A stretch of DNA of 64,000 nucleotides from Entomortierella parvispora E1425 (lineage: Eukaryota; Fungi; Mortierellomycota), in NCBI GenBank assembly GCA_020891255.1, contig BQFW01000011.1, forward strand, positions 434,001 to 498,000. Reading direction: 5' to 3'. The notes beneath the pieces were generated by a model. The model was not told the DNA's origin, ran no database searches, and worked only from the letters and a program-made list of their open reading frames with translations. Position numbers and translations under genes: made by a program. Position 1 is the stretch's first letter, and each line of letters begins with the position of its first letter. Below, piece after piece: positions 50,225 to 62,016 of the stretch.

Positions 50225-51790
50225 TTAAAGTAAACCGCAATCACGGAGGTTGGTTTGTATGATGATGTCGCTTACAGCATCCATGACAAATTTGATCTGA
50301 TTTGTATCGGTGGCGCAGGTGAAATGGGCATAAATCTGTTTGGTCTCTGACATGTTCAGACTTACAAATCGGTACAGGACGTACTGGGAGGCCGCTTCGT
50401 AGTTGTCACCACCTGTTTTTTTGGTTGCATGTTGGGTCAGGACAATAAAAAAATAAGAAAAAAAAGGGGACCATGTCAGATCAACTGCATTGTTTTCATT
50501 TGCGTGTGCGATGACTCAAGGGTGGCTTTGGCTCATCCGTATATTACCTTCAAAGTCTGGGAAAAAGTTCTTCATTGGAGAGAACGGCAGCTTTTCTTTA
50601 AACCGATCAATCTTGTTCAGAAACAAGATGATTGAAGTCTTGACGAACCACTTCGAGTTACAGATGGACTCGAAGAGAGTCAACGCCTCCTGCATGCGGT
50701 TTACGTTCTCGTCCTCCAATAGTAACTGATCATATTCGGAGATGGCCACTAGAAAGACAATGGCCGTTACGTTCTCAAAGTACCCAATCCATTTACGTCG
50801 CTCAGACCGCTGGCCTCCCACATCAAACATGCGATAGGTTGTATCTCGGATCAGGAACGTGGTTTCGGTAATCCCCGTAGATCGTACACGAGATCGGAGG
50901 ATGTCTTGGTCGCTCGGAAGATAGTTTGGCTTTGCAATACGGTCGATGGAATCAAAGTAACTACCAAAACGACGAACGCATGTTACCGTCAGCACAGTGT
51001 ACCACCTTGCGTCCCAAAAAAAAAAAGAAAAAAAAAAAGGGAGGGGGGGGGGGGGTCATGGCTGCAGGACAAGTAACAGATGCTTACTACTTCGCAGAGT
51101 CGTTCAACTGATATTCTCGGCTACGCTGGAAGGCCTGTTGGACATTTGGATCAAGCCAGAGGTTCTGCACTGCGATGGCAACGGCATGCGGCATTGAATC
51201 ACCCTCTATCTGAGGAGGTAGATTCATGACTGTCAGAGCATAACTCTGATTACCTTCATGGTACAAAGGCAGCTCCATGTTGTCCATCGCCTCGAGAATC
51301 ACCCGCATGCTTAAAATGGAAGGGGTTTTTTTTGCAATCAAGAAAACAGGGTTAATATGAGTTTTGGATTGCTGTTTTGTGTCACAACCAATTTTCATCG
51401 AGGACCCTGTCTCCCACAAGACCTTTTTATTGTATCGGACTAGGCTTGACATACCTTTGGACTGTATTGGAAAAGATGATCTCCTTGTACGCTTCTCGCT
51501 CCTCTTGCGAGTAACTTCCCTCATGAATTAACCTCATTTGCTTCAGAATCGTAGACTTTCCTGACTCGCCAGCGCCTATTGTCATGTGCGGAAGAGCGTG
51601 AGAATGTTTGTATACGGGTCATTGACGAGCGTGCCCAACTCCACATAAAAAAAGATGCAAAAAGGTAGTTACCGAGAAGCAACATCTTCACCTCATGTCG
51701 CATTTGAAGTCGATCCTGTCGCAGTTGGTCATCGATCTCATCATTACGGATACGGCTCTGTTTGTCGTCCTGACTGATACAGCAGCCCAT
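50225..51790 (-). CDS. Heterotrimeric G protein alpha subunit (group I / Gi-like C-terminus)
   Basis: MGCC acylation site, [11 protein letters not shown] across an intron, [23 protein letters not shown]-terminal NLRDCGLL. Confidence 0.95.
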
Positions 51791-54700
51791 GTTTGTTTAG
51801 AGGTGTAGCAAGGAGAGGCCCAATTGTCTTTTGAAAGACTGAAATTAAGCGGAGAGTGTCGATGGGAGAGAAAGAAGCTTAAAAACGGTAGGGTGGGAGA
51901 GCGTATGGGTAAAAGTGTGTCTGTGTGGGTAAGAGAGATGAAAGGGATGGAATGGAGGAGCGAAGCGAGGCAAAGAAAAGAGTTAAGGAGTTCAGGAGGT
52001 CGTGTAGGAGGTGGTGGTGACTGGTTGGTGGTGGTGGTGGTGGTCTTCGTTGTCGTCGTGAATAACGTTGGGTGCGGGTAGAGTTGAAAAAAAGCGAGGG
52101 AACACTGTATTACGAGCGATAGAAATAAACATTAGTTTTGTGGACCCTGCAGCAATGTAGTGCCCTGCAGCCAGCAGATGGCAAGCGGGAAACATCAACA
52201 AAGTGGACAGGGAGACAGGGAGAAGGGGAGAGCCATCATCGAACGATAAAGAACGAAAAAAGAGAGGTAAAGAGGGGGCCAGGGGCGGAAGGGCGAATGA
52301 TGACGAGCTTATCCTTGCACAGTACAGCGCTCCTTATCCAATCGACATTGACCAGGGTGAAGCCTGATAGGAAAGGGACACGTTGTTAGTGTCGAGGGGG
52401 CTGGGAACCATGCCTTCATAGCTGTGCACTCAAAAACAGGACGTCGCCGAACCGTTGTCGCAGCAACACAGTGGACATGTGCCCGCCTGCAGTGCAAGTG
52501 TCTCCATGACTTCTGACCATGGTGTTTTGGATAGCTGCTCTTTCTTTCTATAAGCGAAACAGCCATGGTACAGCACTTTTCTTTTTTTTTCTTTTTTTTT
52601 CTTTTTTTTTTTTGCCACAAAGGAGACTTTTGTGTGCATCTTTGTGTATCTGAGTGGTCTGCGTCTCATGTCTATCCTTATTTTACGACGTCATTGGGTG
52701 CATGGGTCGTACATAGAATAGTGGACCTCGAAGTTTGGGGTCAAGCAGAAAGCTAAAAGATGACAACAAGAAGCGGTCGACTCCCATCTACCATGCCGGG
52801 ATCCGAAAGGTCCCAAAACGAATGGACAGCAACCATTCTTCTTTTGGGAAAAAAAGAGCGCCCAAAGAAACCCATGGAGCCGAAGAAAAAGGAAGAGCTT
52901 GGAGGCAAGTTAACTGCTCCCCTCTTCCACAGAAAAGTCAGAGCGCCAACTGTTTTATGAAATCTGCCCCGACGATTTGGCTTTCGAGAAAAAGGAGAAG
53001 GGTACAAAAGAGGGAGGGGGGTCACTCAGAAAGCAAACAAGGAGACAAGAAAGAAAAGTCAGGTGCGGATCACAAAGGAAAGAAGGATAGAGAAAAAGAG
53101 ACACACGAAAGAGCCCAGAATACGGGCTTTGGTCATGGAAGAGGGAGGCTGAAGGTACCAGACTGGTCGTGGCAGTGGCGAGATCAAGGGAGGATGGCGA
53201 GGAGAAAGAGAGAGAAAGAGAGAGAGAGAGAGAGAAGAGGAGGAGAGAAAGTGTCCGGTTGCTTGTCGAAGGGAAGTGGACTGTGACCATGGGGGCTCTG
53301 GGACGCGACGCGATTGGCAAATCACAGAGGCAGCCAGGAACAGGGACGGTCCAAGGGATGTTAGTCCATAGACTGCACGTACCTGAATGGCGAGGCCGCG
53401 GGAGTACCCAAAAATGGAGAGCAAGACTAATGCTGAGTCGATGGTGTTGTCTCTGTCGTCCTTAGGCAAGGCAGATCTGTGGGAGAGAGAGAGGAAGAGC
53501 AAAGAAAAGTCGTGAGGCAAAAGGTGCAACTGAGCGTTGAATGAGGAGCTGAATGAGCGGATGGAAGTAATGCAAAGCAATGGTGATTGCAGCGAGTCGA
53601 GAGTGAATCGAAGTCGAAGGAGAGGAATAAAGAAAACAAAGAGACAGAGGCTTGTCCGGTGCCTTTTGCAATGTGATGCAGAGGCAGACCGGATACAGAC
53701 ACCACCCACAAAAGGCCGAGAAGAGAAAGAGATGAAGCACGGACCCACGCATCCTGTCCCGTTCCTATTGTTCACTTTGCCATCTCTCAGGAATCGAGCC
53801 TGTGGCCTGTGCCCATCGGCCATTCGCCCTCACTTTGTCCTAGTTTCGTTTCTTTGTCCGCCCGTTTGTTTTGGCTTTTGTTGTCTTTGCCCCTTTTTAT
53901 GTCCTGTCGCTCTAACCGTCCGCCTGCACATCGCCGAGATGTCAATACGCAGGAGCAACAAAAAGGACCTGCCATTTTAGCAATTTATCTCTTCAGGATG
54001 AACAAGGCATCCATTCGCTTGGGCCTCTGAAGATGGCAACGGATACGGAGAGTTCACGGAGAGGAGGGCCTACAAGCCGACAGGCAGAGAGATCGTCGCC
54101 AGGTCATAAGCCCAAGTAGCAACTAGAGCAGTTGGAAGGAAAGGAGGCTCAATGAAGTAGGAATTCATTCTTCGTCGTTCCCAAACGCCCTCGGGCAGAT
54201 CTTAGTCGATCTTGAGGAACTAATTTGGCTCTTTCTTGTTCACTGCAGTTATACGAGCCTCGAAGTAGACAGAGAGAAGTCGAAAACAATAGAACACTGT
54301 CTGCACCAATCATAAGACATAGCTCTCCCTGTTACAGACTAGATCCGTTTCTGCTTCACTAAAGGTGTTTCATGTTTTCCTTTCGAACATGACATCACTG
54401 CGTTTGTTTGAGTAGGGTTTGAAATGGAGGGCCATACAAGTTTAAGCTACCTCAAGCGCAATTCTGAAATAGGGGGTTTCCTCCTTTATCTGCTGAGATC
54501 ATTGTGAGATCTTCGTGGAAAGCAACGTGGCTAAGGTTTGGCAGACCTTACGATTATGAAACACAGAGCACGCTGCACGGCTGAAGGATCAGTCATCTAT
54601 GCAGTCCCGATGCCAGTCCACGAACGTTTGCCTCCAGCTGTGTAGGTTGAACATGCGAGAAATGTGCACTCGTTAACTTTGTACCCCGCCGTCTTATTTT

Positions 54701-55091
54701 ACACAGTTTCAAGTTCCCAAGAACTCATTTGTGCTGAAGGAAGGATAAAACTCTAGTTGGTCTACAGTCTCATTACCTACTTGATCATCTATTGGTATGT
54801 AGTGCTATCTCCACTAGAGGGGCCATGGAGCCAGACTCATGGACATACGGCAAAGTACAACCTACGTGTGTTTCTTGCGTTATTAGTCGACGACTGGGTC
54901 CAGGAAATTAAGTTTCATGGTTGCTGAGTAAGCTTTTCTCTGTTTCTGACCTTCAGCGGAACACATCCAGTTGGCCAATGGTCTCTGAACACGGGAAGAA
55001 GCACCAGGCGCTTATCAGATCGTGAAAACTCCGCTTATCAGATTTCCAGAAGAGTACGGTCGGCCGATGGATCACATGATTTCTCAGTATT

Positions 55092-56475
55092 TTATTGAGC
55101 TTTACACCCCCTTCTTAGGAGGGTGGAGTAACCTAACTGCATCTTTTGTGTAAATATAGGAAGCTCCACTCCAAATTGTAGTGGCAGCGCAGGTATAACT
55201 ATTTATGATTCAGTCGCAGCAAAAAAAAAAAAAAAGTTAGCGGCACCGCTTGATGAGCATTTTCACTAGACCCTGTTTGAACCCTTACCCAAGATATTCC
55301 AGCCCGACATGTCCCGTAAAATCAAAGACAGGTGCCATCAAGGACAAACAAATATATCCCATCTGGATCGCGGTGTTGACCTTACTAATCATGGTCGGTC
55401 TCACTTCTGCAGAAGGGATCGAAAAGTCCCAGTACCTCTTGAATGTCTTCGGCTCTGGCAAGGATATATACCGGTAGTAAAACGACGCTAGGATCAAACC
55501 AGCATCCCTTCCCAAGATAATGGTGGCAATGGGAATAGGGATCAATTCCTGCATTGCCAGCGTCACTGTCAAGATGGTCATCAAAGTTTTGTCCGCCATT
55601 GGGTCCAGAATGGTCCCGACAATGCTCTGCATATTGAATCGACGTGCAATCCAGCCGTCAAGCTAGCAAAAGCAAGGGAAAACAAGAAATAATGCGTTAA
55701 AGGATTGGACAGATCAGCCAGGGGTTGAACAACGATCCTAAGCCTACCCCATCTGTAATACTCGCAACACCAAAGAGTATGCAGGCATTCGTGTAGTCGC
55801 CTTTGAGAACCCAATACCCGATCACAGGTGCCGCAATTAGACGCGAAACTGTCAAGAAGTTGGGAATGGTGTAGATATTTTCATGGAGAAGAGACTAGAG
55901 TTCGCGGGAAAAAAGAGAGTAAGTACCCATCAACGTGAGCAATCTCGTACCACCTTATGCCTCAGAAAGAGATCTACCTTTTTGATGCCTTTTCCTTCAT
56001 CCTGATCTGGCGACGGTGGCATTGGTGAAGATGAAGCCGAATGATTGCTCATACTCGAAAAGGAGCTCCCTACAACTCTGATCCATGACTTTCCTGTTAC
56101 AGCTGGCATTCTACGGGAACTGTTTTGTAAAGGTGTGGACGTTTAGTCTTATTGTTTATGAAACCAGGGACGCGTTATATAATAACTTGCCTCTGGAGGG
56201 AATGTTGGAAAGGTGAGGAGAGCAGGAAGGCTGTCAAGGACCGAGATCTAAAGAAAGAGCGATCGAGTTAGTTACGAGTATCGATAGGGTCAATGACACG
56301 ATTTCGGACCGTAGCAGAGGAGCAAAGAGAGGAGATCGCACGTGTGAATGCCAGCCCTTGACTGACATGGAGCTGCAATTGTGGTGGCAAAGGCGGATCT
56401 GCGGAGGCAGACATTGAGAGGGAGCGAGCGGTGGAGGCTGTGGACTATGGCCCAGGGAGCTCTACAGAACGTCAT
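55092..56475 (-). CDS. CRD1: Cardiolipin synthase (CDP-alcohol phosphatidyltransferase)
   Basis: Presequence-like MTFCRAPW...CLRRSAFATT; ENIYTIPNFLTVSRL, LDGWIARRFN, GTILDPMADK, PTMISKVNT; last exon YTCAATTIWSGASYIYTKDAV; includes GC-AG intron 56111-56190. Confidence 0.9.
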
Positions 56476-56661
56476 GCTGGGGCAAGAATGTAGGGATCTG
56501 ACGGAGATCAGGCAGTGTTGTTGTTGTTCGTCTACCAAGGACAGGTGGAATGCATGCATGCAACGGAAGAACAGAGCAGGCGAGGGCCGGGCGGGGACTG
56601 GCCAAGCCACCGCGTGGAAGGGAGAGCCGCTGTGTTTCTGTCAACGGGTGGCCCAGTATCG

Positions 56662-56713
56662 CCTTCCTTCGTTCCCTTCCTTCGTTCCCTTCCTTCGTTC
56701 CCTTCCTTCGTTC
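56662..56713. repeat. 13-bp tandem repeat (CCTTCCTTCGTTC)x4 in the CRD1/PCS divergent promoter
   Basis: Four perfect adjacent copies starting at 56662, 56675, 56688 and 56701. Confidence 0.95.
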
Positions 56714-56929
56714 TGTCGTTCGTCTGCCCTTCGACCCTGCTTCCTCCCTTTCTTCTTTCTTTCCTCTTCCTTCCTGACCCACCTTCCTCCTTCCTTCTTT
56801 GTCATTCTCTCCCGTCATTCTCTCCTCTCGTCTTACTCACTCTCCTTCATTGTCTCCCCTTGCCTCATCGCTCGTTCTTGCTACCCTTACCCATTCACTC
56901 TCTCGTCCTCAATCTCCTTTTGTATAACC

Positions 56930-58846
56930 ATGGCCTCCAGTCGCTCCCTCATCGCAACTAAGAATAGCCTCGTGCGAGCAATGTCAAGCCCACGCCACTC
57001 TTGCCACTGCTACTCGCGCTCTCCTCTTCTCCTACCCCCTTCACCAAACCATGCATCTTTATCAAAGTCATATCGCTTCTCCACAAGCGCACACACTGCA
57101 AAACCATCGTCGAGTACTCCCTTGTCTATCCCTGCGAGAAAAGCCGTTAGTTCACATCCACCAGGAACATCTGCGGCAGCAGCGTCGGTGGTGGCTATGA
57201 ACAATTCTCTACCCTTTTCATACGATCCCACTGGCATGTCTGCGCAGGCTGTCAAGAAACCATCCTGCGATGATTTGACATTGAAAAACTCTTTTTATCG
57301 TCGCAAGCTGCCTGAGCATCTCATCAGCTTTACGAGTCCCAAAGGCAAGCAGTTGTTTAGAGAGATGCTCCAGGAAGGATATGGTAAGTCGCCTGAGAGA
57401 CCAAATAGGGCAAAAAAAGATCTCGCTTTGCCGTTAGTTTCCTGTGTTCCTGCGCTGTCCGTGCACACAGCTTTTTTGTGTTTCGCCCCGCAAGACTGAC
57501 ATTCTTCCCTTGCGATCACTATTGTAGGCGAAGGATACTTCTCCCTGGTGGGAAATTTCACTACGCAGAGCGAGCCAGCATATTGTGGACCCAGCTCCCT
57601 GGCTATGGTCTTGAACTCTTTGGAGGTTGACCCACAACGCCAATGGAAAGGCGCATGGAGATGGTACAGCGACGAGTTGCTTGAATGCTGTGCACCTGCA
57701 GAGCAGGTCAAAGCAAAGGGCATTACATTCAACCAGTTTGCTTGTCTCAGCAAATGCCATTGCGATGTTCAAGTCCGCCGTGCGAATCAAGTGTCTCTGG
57801 AACAGTTCAAGCAGGATTTGGAGAATGTCTGCAGTCGAGATGACATTCACATGGTCGTTTCATTTTCTCGAAAAGCTCTGGGTCAGACAGGCGATGGTCA
57901 TTTCAGCCCAATTGGCGGATATGTGCCTAAGTCTGGCATGGTTTTGGTACTTGATACAGCGAGATTCAAGTATCCATCCTACTTTGTTTCGGTCGAGCAA
58001 CTATACAAGTCCCTGTTTCCTATCGACGCAGAAACTGGAACCTCCCGCGGCTACTTTCTTCTCTCTGCGAACCCCAACCAGCCAGCCATTTCTCTCTGCA
58101 AAATCCCAAAGGCTAATGCTGGGTCAAGACCAAATACCCAGAGCTCCACAGCGGAGGATGTCCTACGAGCAGCAAACCCCAAGGTGCCAGGTTTGTCTGG
58201 ACCGACCTCATCCGCTGATTCGGCCAGTTCTTGTACTTCGAACCCAAACGCTGCAACCTCGGCAGCCAACACTGTCGACAATAAGATGAGCTGGACATCA
58301 TTGGCCCAAACATTTTGCAAGGATTTGCCGAGCAGGATTCAGGCCGAGAATCCTCAAACACTGGATCGCATGATCTCGGTCGTTCTCCAAGGTGTTCCCC
58401 GGGAGTACGCGTTCTGGATTAGCCAACAACAAGCTTACCGTCTTCGGGATACCAATGAGCTTATTGCATCCATCAAGTCCACGGAGTTGTATAACCTGGT
58501 TTCATCCGCTTTCCCTGTTCCACTGTCACAGTCCCCAGCTAGCAGCCCAGAGGCGCGACTTGTCCGTCAACAGCACGAAGGAGCATTGGTGTTTGGAACA
58601 TTGTTCTTGATGAGCTCTCCCAGCACCCTATTCTTGACTCTGCCAAGCGAAGTCAGTCGGCAGTTTGAGGAGTTAAGAAAGGTAGCACTTGTCCCCGAGG
58701 ACGAAGATTTTCAACCTAACCGGGTACTGAAGGAAGAGGTTGAGCGTATGCGATCCGGTATCGTTGATCTGGTCAATAGCTTCTGTTGCTGCGGTACCAA
58801 GACTGGAAGCATGATGGATGACCTTGAAAAAAAGACAATCCATTAA
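56930..58846 (+). CDS. PCS1: Phytochelatin synthase (glutathione gamma-glutamylcysteinyltransferase)
   Basis: SFYRRKLP, FTTQSEPAYCGPSSLAMVLN (Cys), GHFSPIGGY (His), VLDTARFKY (Asp); intron 57384-57527; C-terminal FCCCG. Confidence 0.95.
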
Positions 58847-58894
58847 ATGACATATAGACATATACACATTTACATATACACTGGAGTTTTTTTT

Positions 58895-59593
58895 TTATTG
58901 AGGATCGCCTGCAACCCAGAGTTCCTTCTCCATGACTCTAAAGATGTGGCCAGTCTGGTTCAATGAATCAATCAGCAGCTCCAGATGTGGACCCTCCAGA
59001 GAATCAGTCTATAGATCATAAAATAAAAATGCAATACACGAAGTCAGCAACTATACTTCACACGCCAATTTCATGAGGAATACCGACTGTTTCCATACTT
59101 CTCGCAGAGTGTTGAGTTCGTCTCCGAAAGCCTGTGTGATCTGGGTCATATACTGGTCATGGAAAGCCGCCTCGATCTCTGGGTTTGTCAATTGCTTTTG
59201 CACGCGATCTGAGGTATGCGCTTGTTTCTGCAGGACATCATTCAATGAAATAAAAATAAAATTAATATCGCGTCTGTGACAGCCCTCTTATAAATAGGAT
59301 CCATTGAATATGTGTTTTGTTACCTGCGGCATCTTGACAGCGTTCATCCTCAGTTCCTGATCCTCGTCGTCTTCTACATCTGAATCTTGATCACTGCTTT
59401 CGCGATCGTTTTGCATATCCATGTCAGGCGTCTGATCCTCATCGTCATCTTTGTCGACTTCGACGTTTCCAGTCGCATTCTCCAAATCCATGTTATCGCC
59501 CAGTTGCTCACTTTCAAGCATTTCCGTGTCTTCCTCTGGACCAGCCGCTACTGGAGTCAAGTCTGAGTCCAAGATTGATATTGAGGATGACAT
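58895..59593 (-). CDS. RSA3: Ribosome assembly protein 3 (Rsa3-like)
   Basis: Acidic N-terminus, then FHDQYMTQITQAFGDELNTLRE|TDSLEGPHLELLIDSLNQTGHIF, matching the Rsa3 domain pattern; two introns. Confidence 0.75.
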
Positions 59594-60099
59594 TTCGATA
59601 TTTGACTTCTAAACGCAGAAAGTGGACAAAAACAAAGAGTGAGTGCACGGTATGTGATAATGGATAACGATCAAGTTCGATCCAACGGCCAGTTTCTCAG
59701 CAAATTATTCCCCCTGTACCTTTGTACGTTTGCTAGCTGGCGTGCTTTGGTGATCGTCTAATAATTATCGCAAAATAAAAAAAATCGAGTTGGACAAACT
59801 GTTCTCTTCCAGTAACACACAGCGATTCCAGAGGCTCTTGCGCTTACTTGCGGCGGGTGCCCGTTTTGAGGATGCGCTGTCCTTTGTCTTTGACTTGGAG
59901 CCCATGTTTGTCTATGATGTCTGTGCTGAGAATGCCAATGTCGATGCAGTGTTGCAGCAAAGGTAAAGTTGTGCTGCTGGCTAAGGCATTTCAACACTCA
60001 ATGTGGCTTAGCGAAATGTGACTGCTTGAGAAAAGGGTACTTTGCGCGGCTGCAGCTGGCACACCAGTGGATCCTTCTTTCACCCAATTTATTTTTACA

Positions 60100-61295
60100 A
60101 TGGTACAGTGTCCTTCTGTGGCACCCAGTCAGAGGCGCATCCATCGGTCAAAGGAACCATCCAACCCCATCCAGCCATCTATCGCTGCAGGAACTGCGCC
60201 ATCCGTCGAATGCCACTCTCTCTATCACCATTGCTTCGGATCAACCTCATCAGAGCATTGCTGACAGGATCGGGAGCTATCTTTTCCTCACAGAGGTGGA
60301 GAGATGTGTGCCCACATTCAGCCTCTTGGGTTGAATGGACCATCGGCGCTCATTCAACATGAATGTTCTCTGCTTCTCACTCGACCCTACCCGAGCAGAC
60401 TCTACAACACACACCTGCACATCTCATTGTCAGCGTCACCTGGATCGACGGGATCGACCCTCATTCTGGATGGACTTCTTTTTTTCTTTCTTTCGGGAGC
60501 AGGCAATCACAGTTCGATCAGTCCACCAGTTCATTGAAAGGCGCATTCACTGAAGCAAAGTTCACCTCTTGGGTTTTAACAATCTCGGAATCTGGATCCT
60601 GACCTTCGACAATCTTTTCAACTCCTTTCATTAGGCTGCTGTCAAGGCTTACGAATTGCGCACCAAGAACAAGGCTGAGCTCACCAAGCAGCTCGAGGAG
60701 CTCAAGCAGGAGCTTGCCAGCCTTAAGGTCCAGAAGGTTGCTGGCGGTGCCGCTGGCAAGTTGACCAAGATGTAAGAACCCAACATCAAATACTTTTCCT
60801 CGGGAGTATACCAAGGACAACAACACCCCACCAAAACATACCAACGAAGCGGACGTGGACTCGGAAAGGTCTTCGACCACTTGCAGAGCATGTTGCATCG
60901 GAGGCTGGACCTGCTATCGGTGTCTTTGTTGTCGTTTGGAAGAGATTCGACTGGAACTGATGCACAATGGAGTCTGGACGAAACTGGATTACACAAACAA
61001 ACGAATCTCGCTCTGATCAGTCACTAATCTCTTGGGCCCAATTTTTTTCTTTTCTTTCACCAGCTCGGCCGTCCGCAAGTCCATTGCTCGCGTCATGACC
61101 GTCATCACCCAGACCCAGCGTGCCCAGCTCCGTCTCTTCTACCAGAAGAAGAACCTCTTGCCCTTGGATCTCCGTGTCAAGAAGACCCGTGCCATCCGCC
61201 GTCGTCTTACCAAGCACGAGTCTTCCATCAAGACCGTCAAGCAGCAGAAGAAGGAGACCCACTTCCCTCTCCGCAAGTACGCCATCAAGGCATAA
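60100..61295 (+). CDS. RPL35: 60S ribosomal protein L35 (uL29)
   Basis: Inferred ATG-only exon 1 (60100-60102, followed by GTACAG); exon 2 [16 protein letters not shown] (60635-60771); exon 3 [11 protein letters not shown]...[17 protein letters not shown]...RKYAIKA. Confidence 0.95.
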
Positions 61296-61564
61296 ATATT
61301 TTTTCTTCCTGCCACTTTTTTGATAAATTGACTATTCTAGTTTCATTTATTTGAAAAAGAAGAAAGAAAAAGTGCACCCCACAGAACCTTCAACAAAGTC
61401 CTTGGAAAGCAAAACATTTATCCCTTGTAAAATTTCGTTCAAAGAGTTATTGTGATATTTGCGTGTGGAAACAAGGAAATGGTGGACATTGGGCGAAGTC
61501 CCCCCCTTTTTTGTGTGTGTGTGTGTGTTATTTGGTGTTGGCAGGGTCCATCATCATACACCGT

Positions 61565-61655
61565 GCTCTTCGGCGGAAAAAAAAAGAAGGAACTAGGATA
61601 TTCTATGCCTGCTCTTCGGGAGAAAAAAAAGAAGGAACTAGGATTTTCTATACCT
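61565..61655. repeat. Tandem duplication of a ~46-bp unit downstream of RPL35
   Basis: gctcttcgg..aaaaaaaagaaggaactaggat.ttctat.cct present twice (61565-61610, 61611-61655). Confidence 0.85.
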
Positions 61656-62016
61656 CCTCGCCGACACTAATACTAAGTGAAGCGATATCCTCCAGTCTCA
61701 GGAGCCGTTACACCTCTCGAATAGTGTATTACTACTTTGTACAGGAAGCTAGTTATCGGATGAGAAAAAAAAAGAGAGAGAGCGAACCGTTTCTATCTTT
61801 GGGCCAAATTGTAACCTCTTTTTGTAGTAACACCTTTCCAAGAGGAGGAATTTTCGACACTTTCAATCGTCATTTCAGTCAGTGACTCCAATTGCTACTC
61901 GACCTCCTCTCTGATGACTTGGGCTATAAGACCAAAGACCAACCCTTCTCCTCCTTTCTCCTTCTTCCCTCATATAAGCCTCCGCATCCTCTACACACCC
62001 CACCATAAACATACGA

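Noticed and set aside
51800-55000. Multiple ORFs upstream of G-alpha (e.g. 53059-53823)
   Set aside because: Driven by GA/CT-rich low-complexity tracts; no motifs or coherent splice model.
60103-61063. Intronic snoRNA in the long RPL35 introns
   Set aside because: No clear RTGATGA C box paired with a CTGA D box; only an 8-bp inverted repeat (60942-60949 / 61002-61009), which is insufficient.
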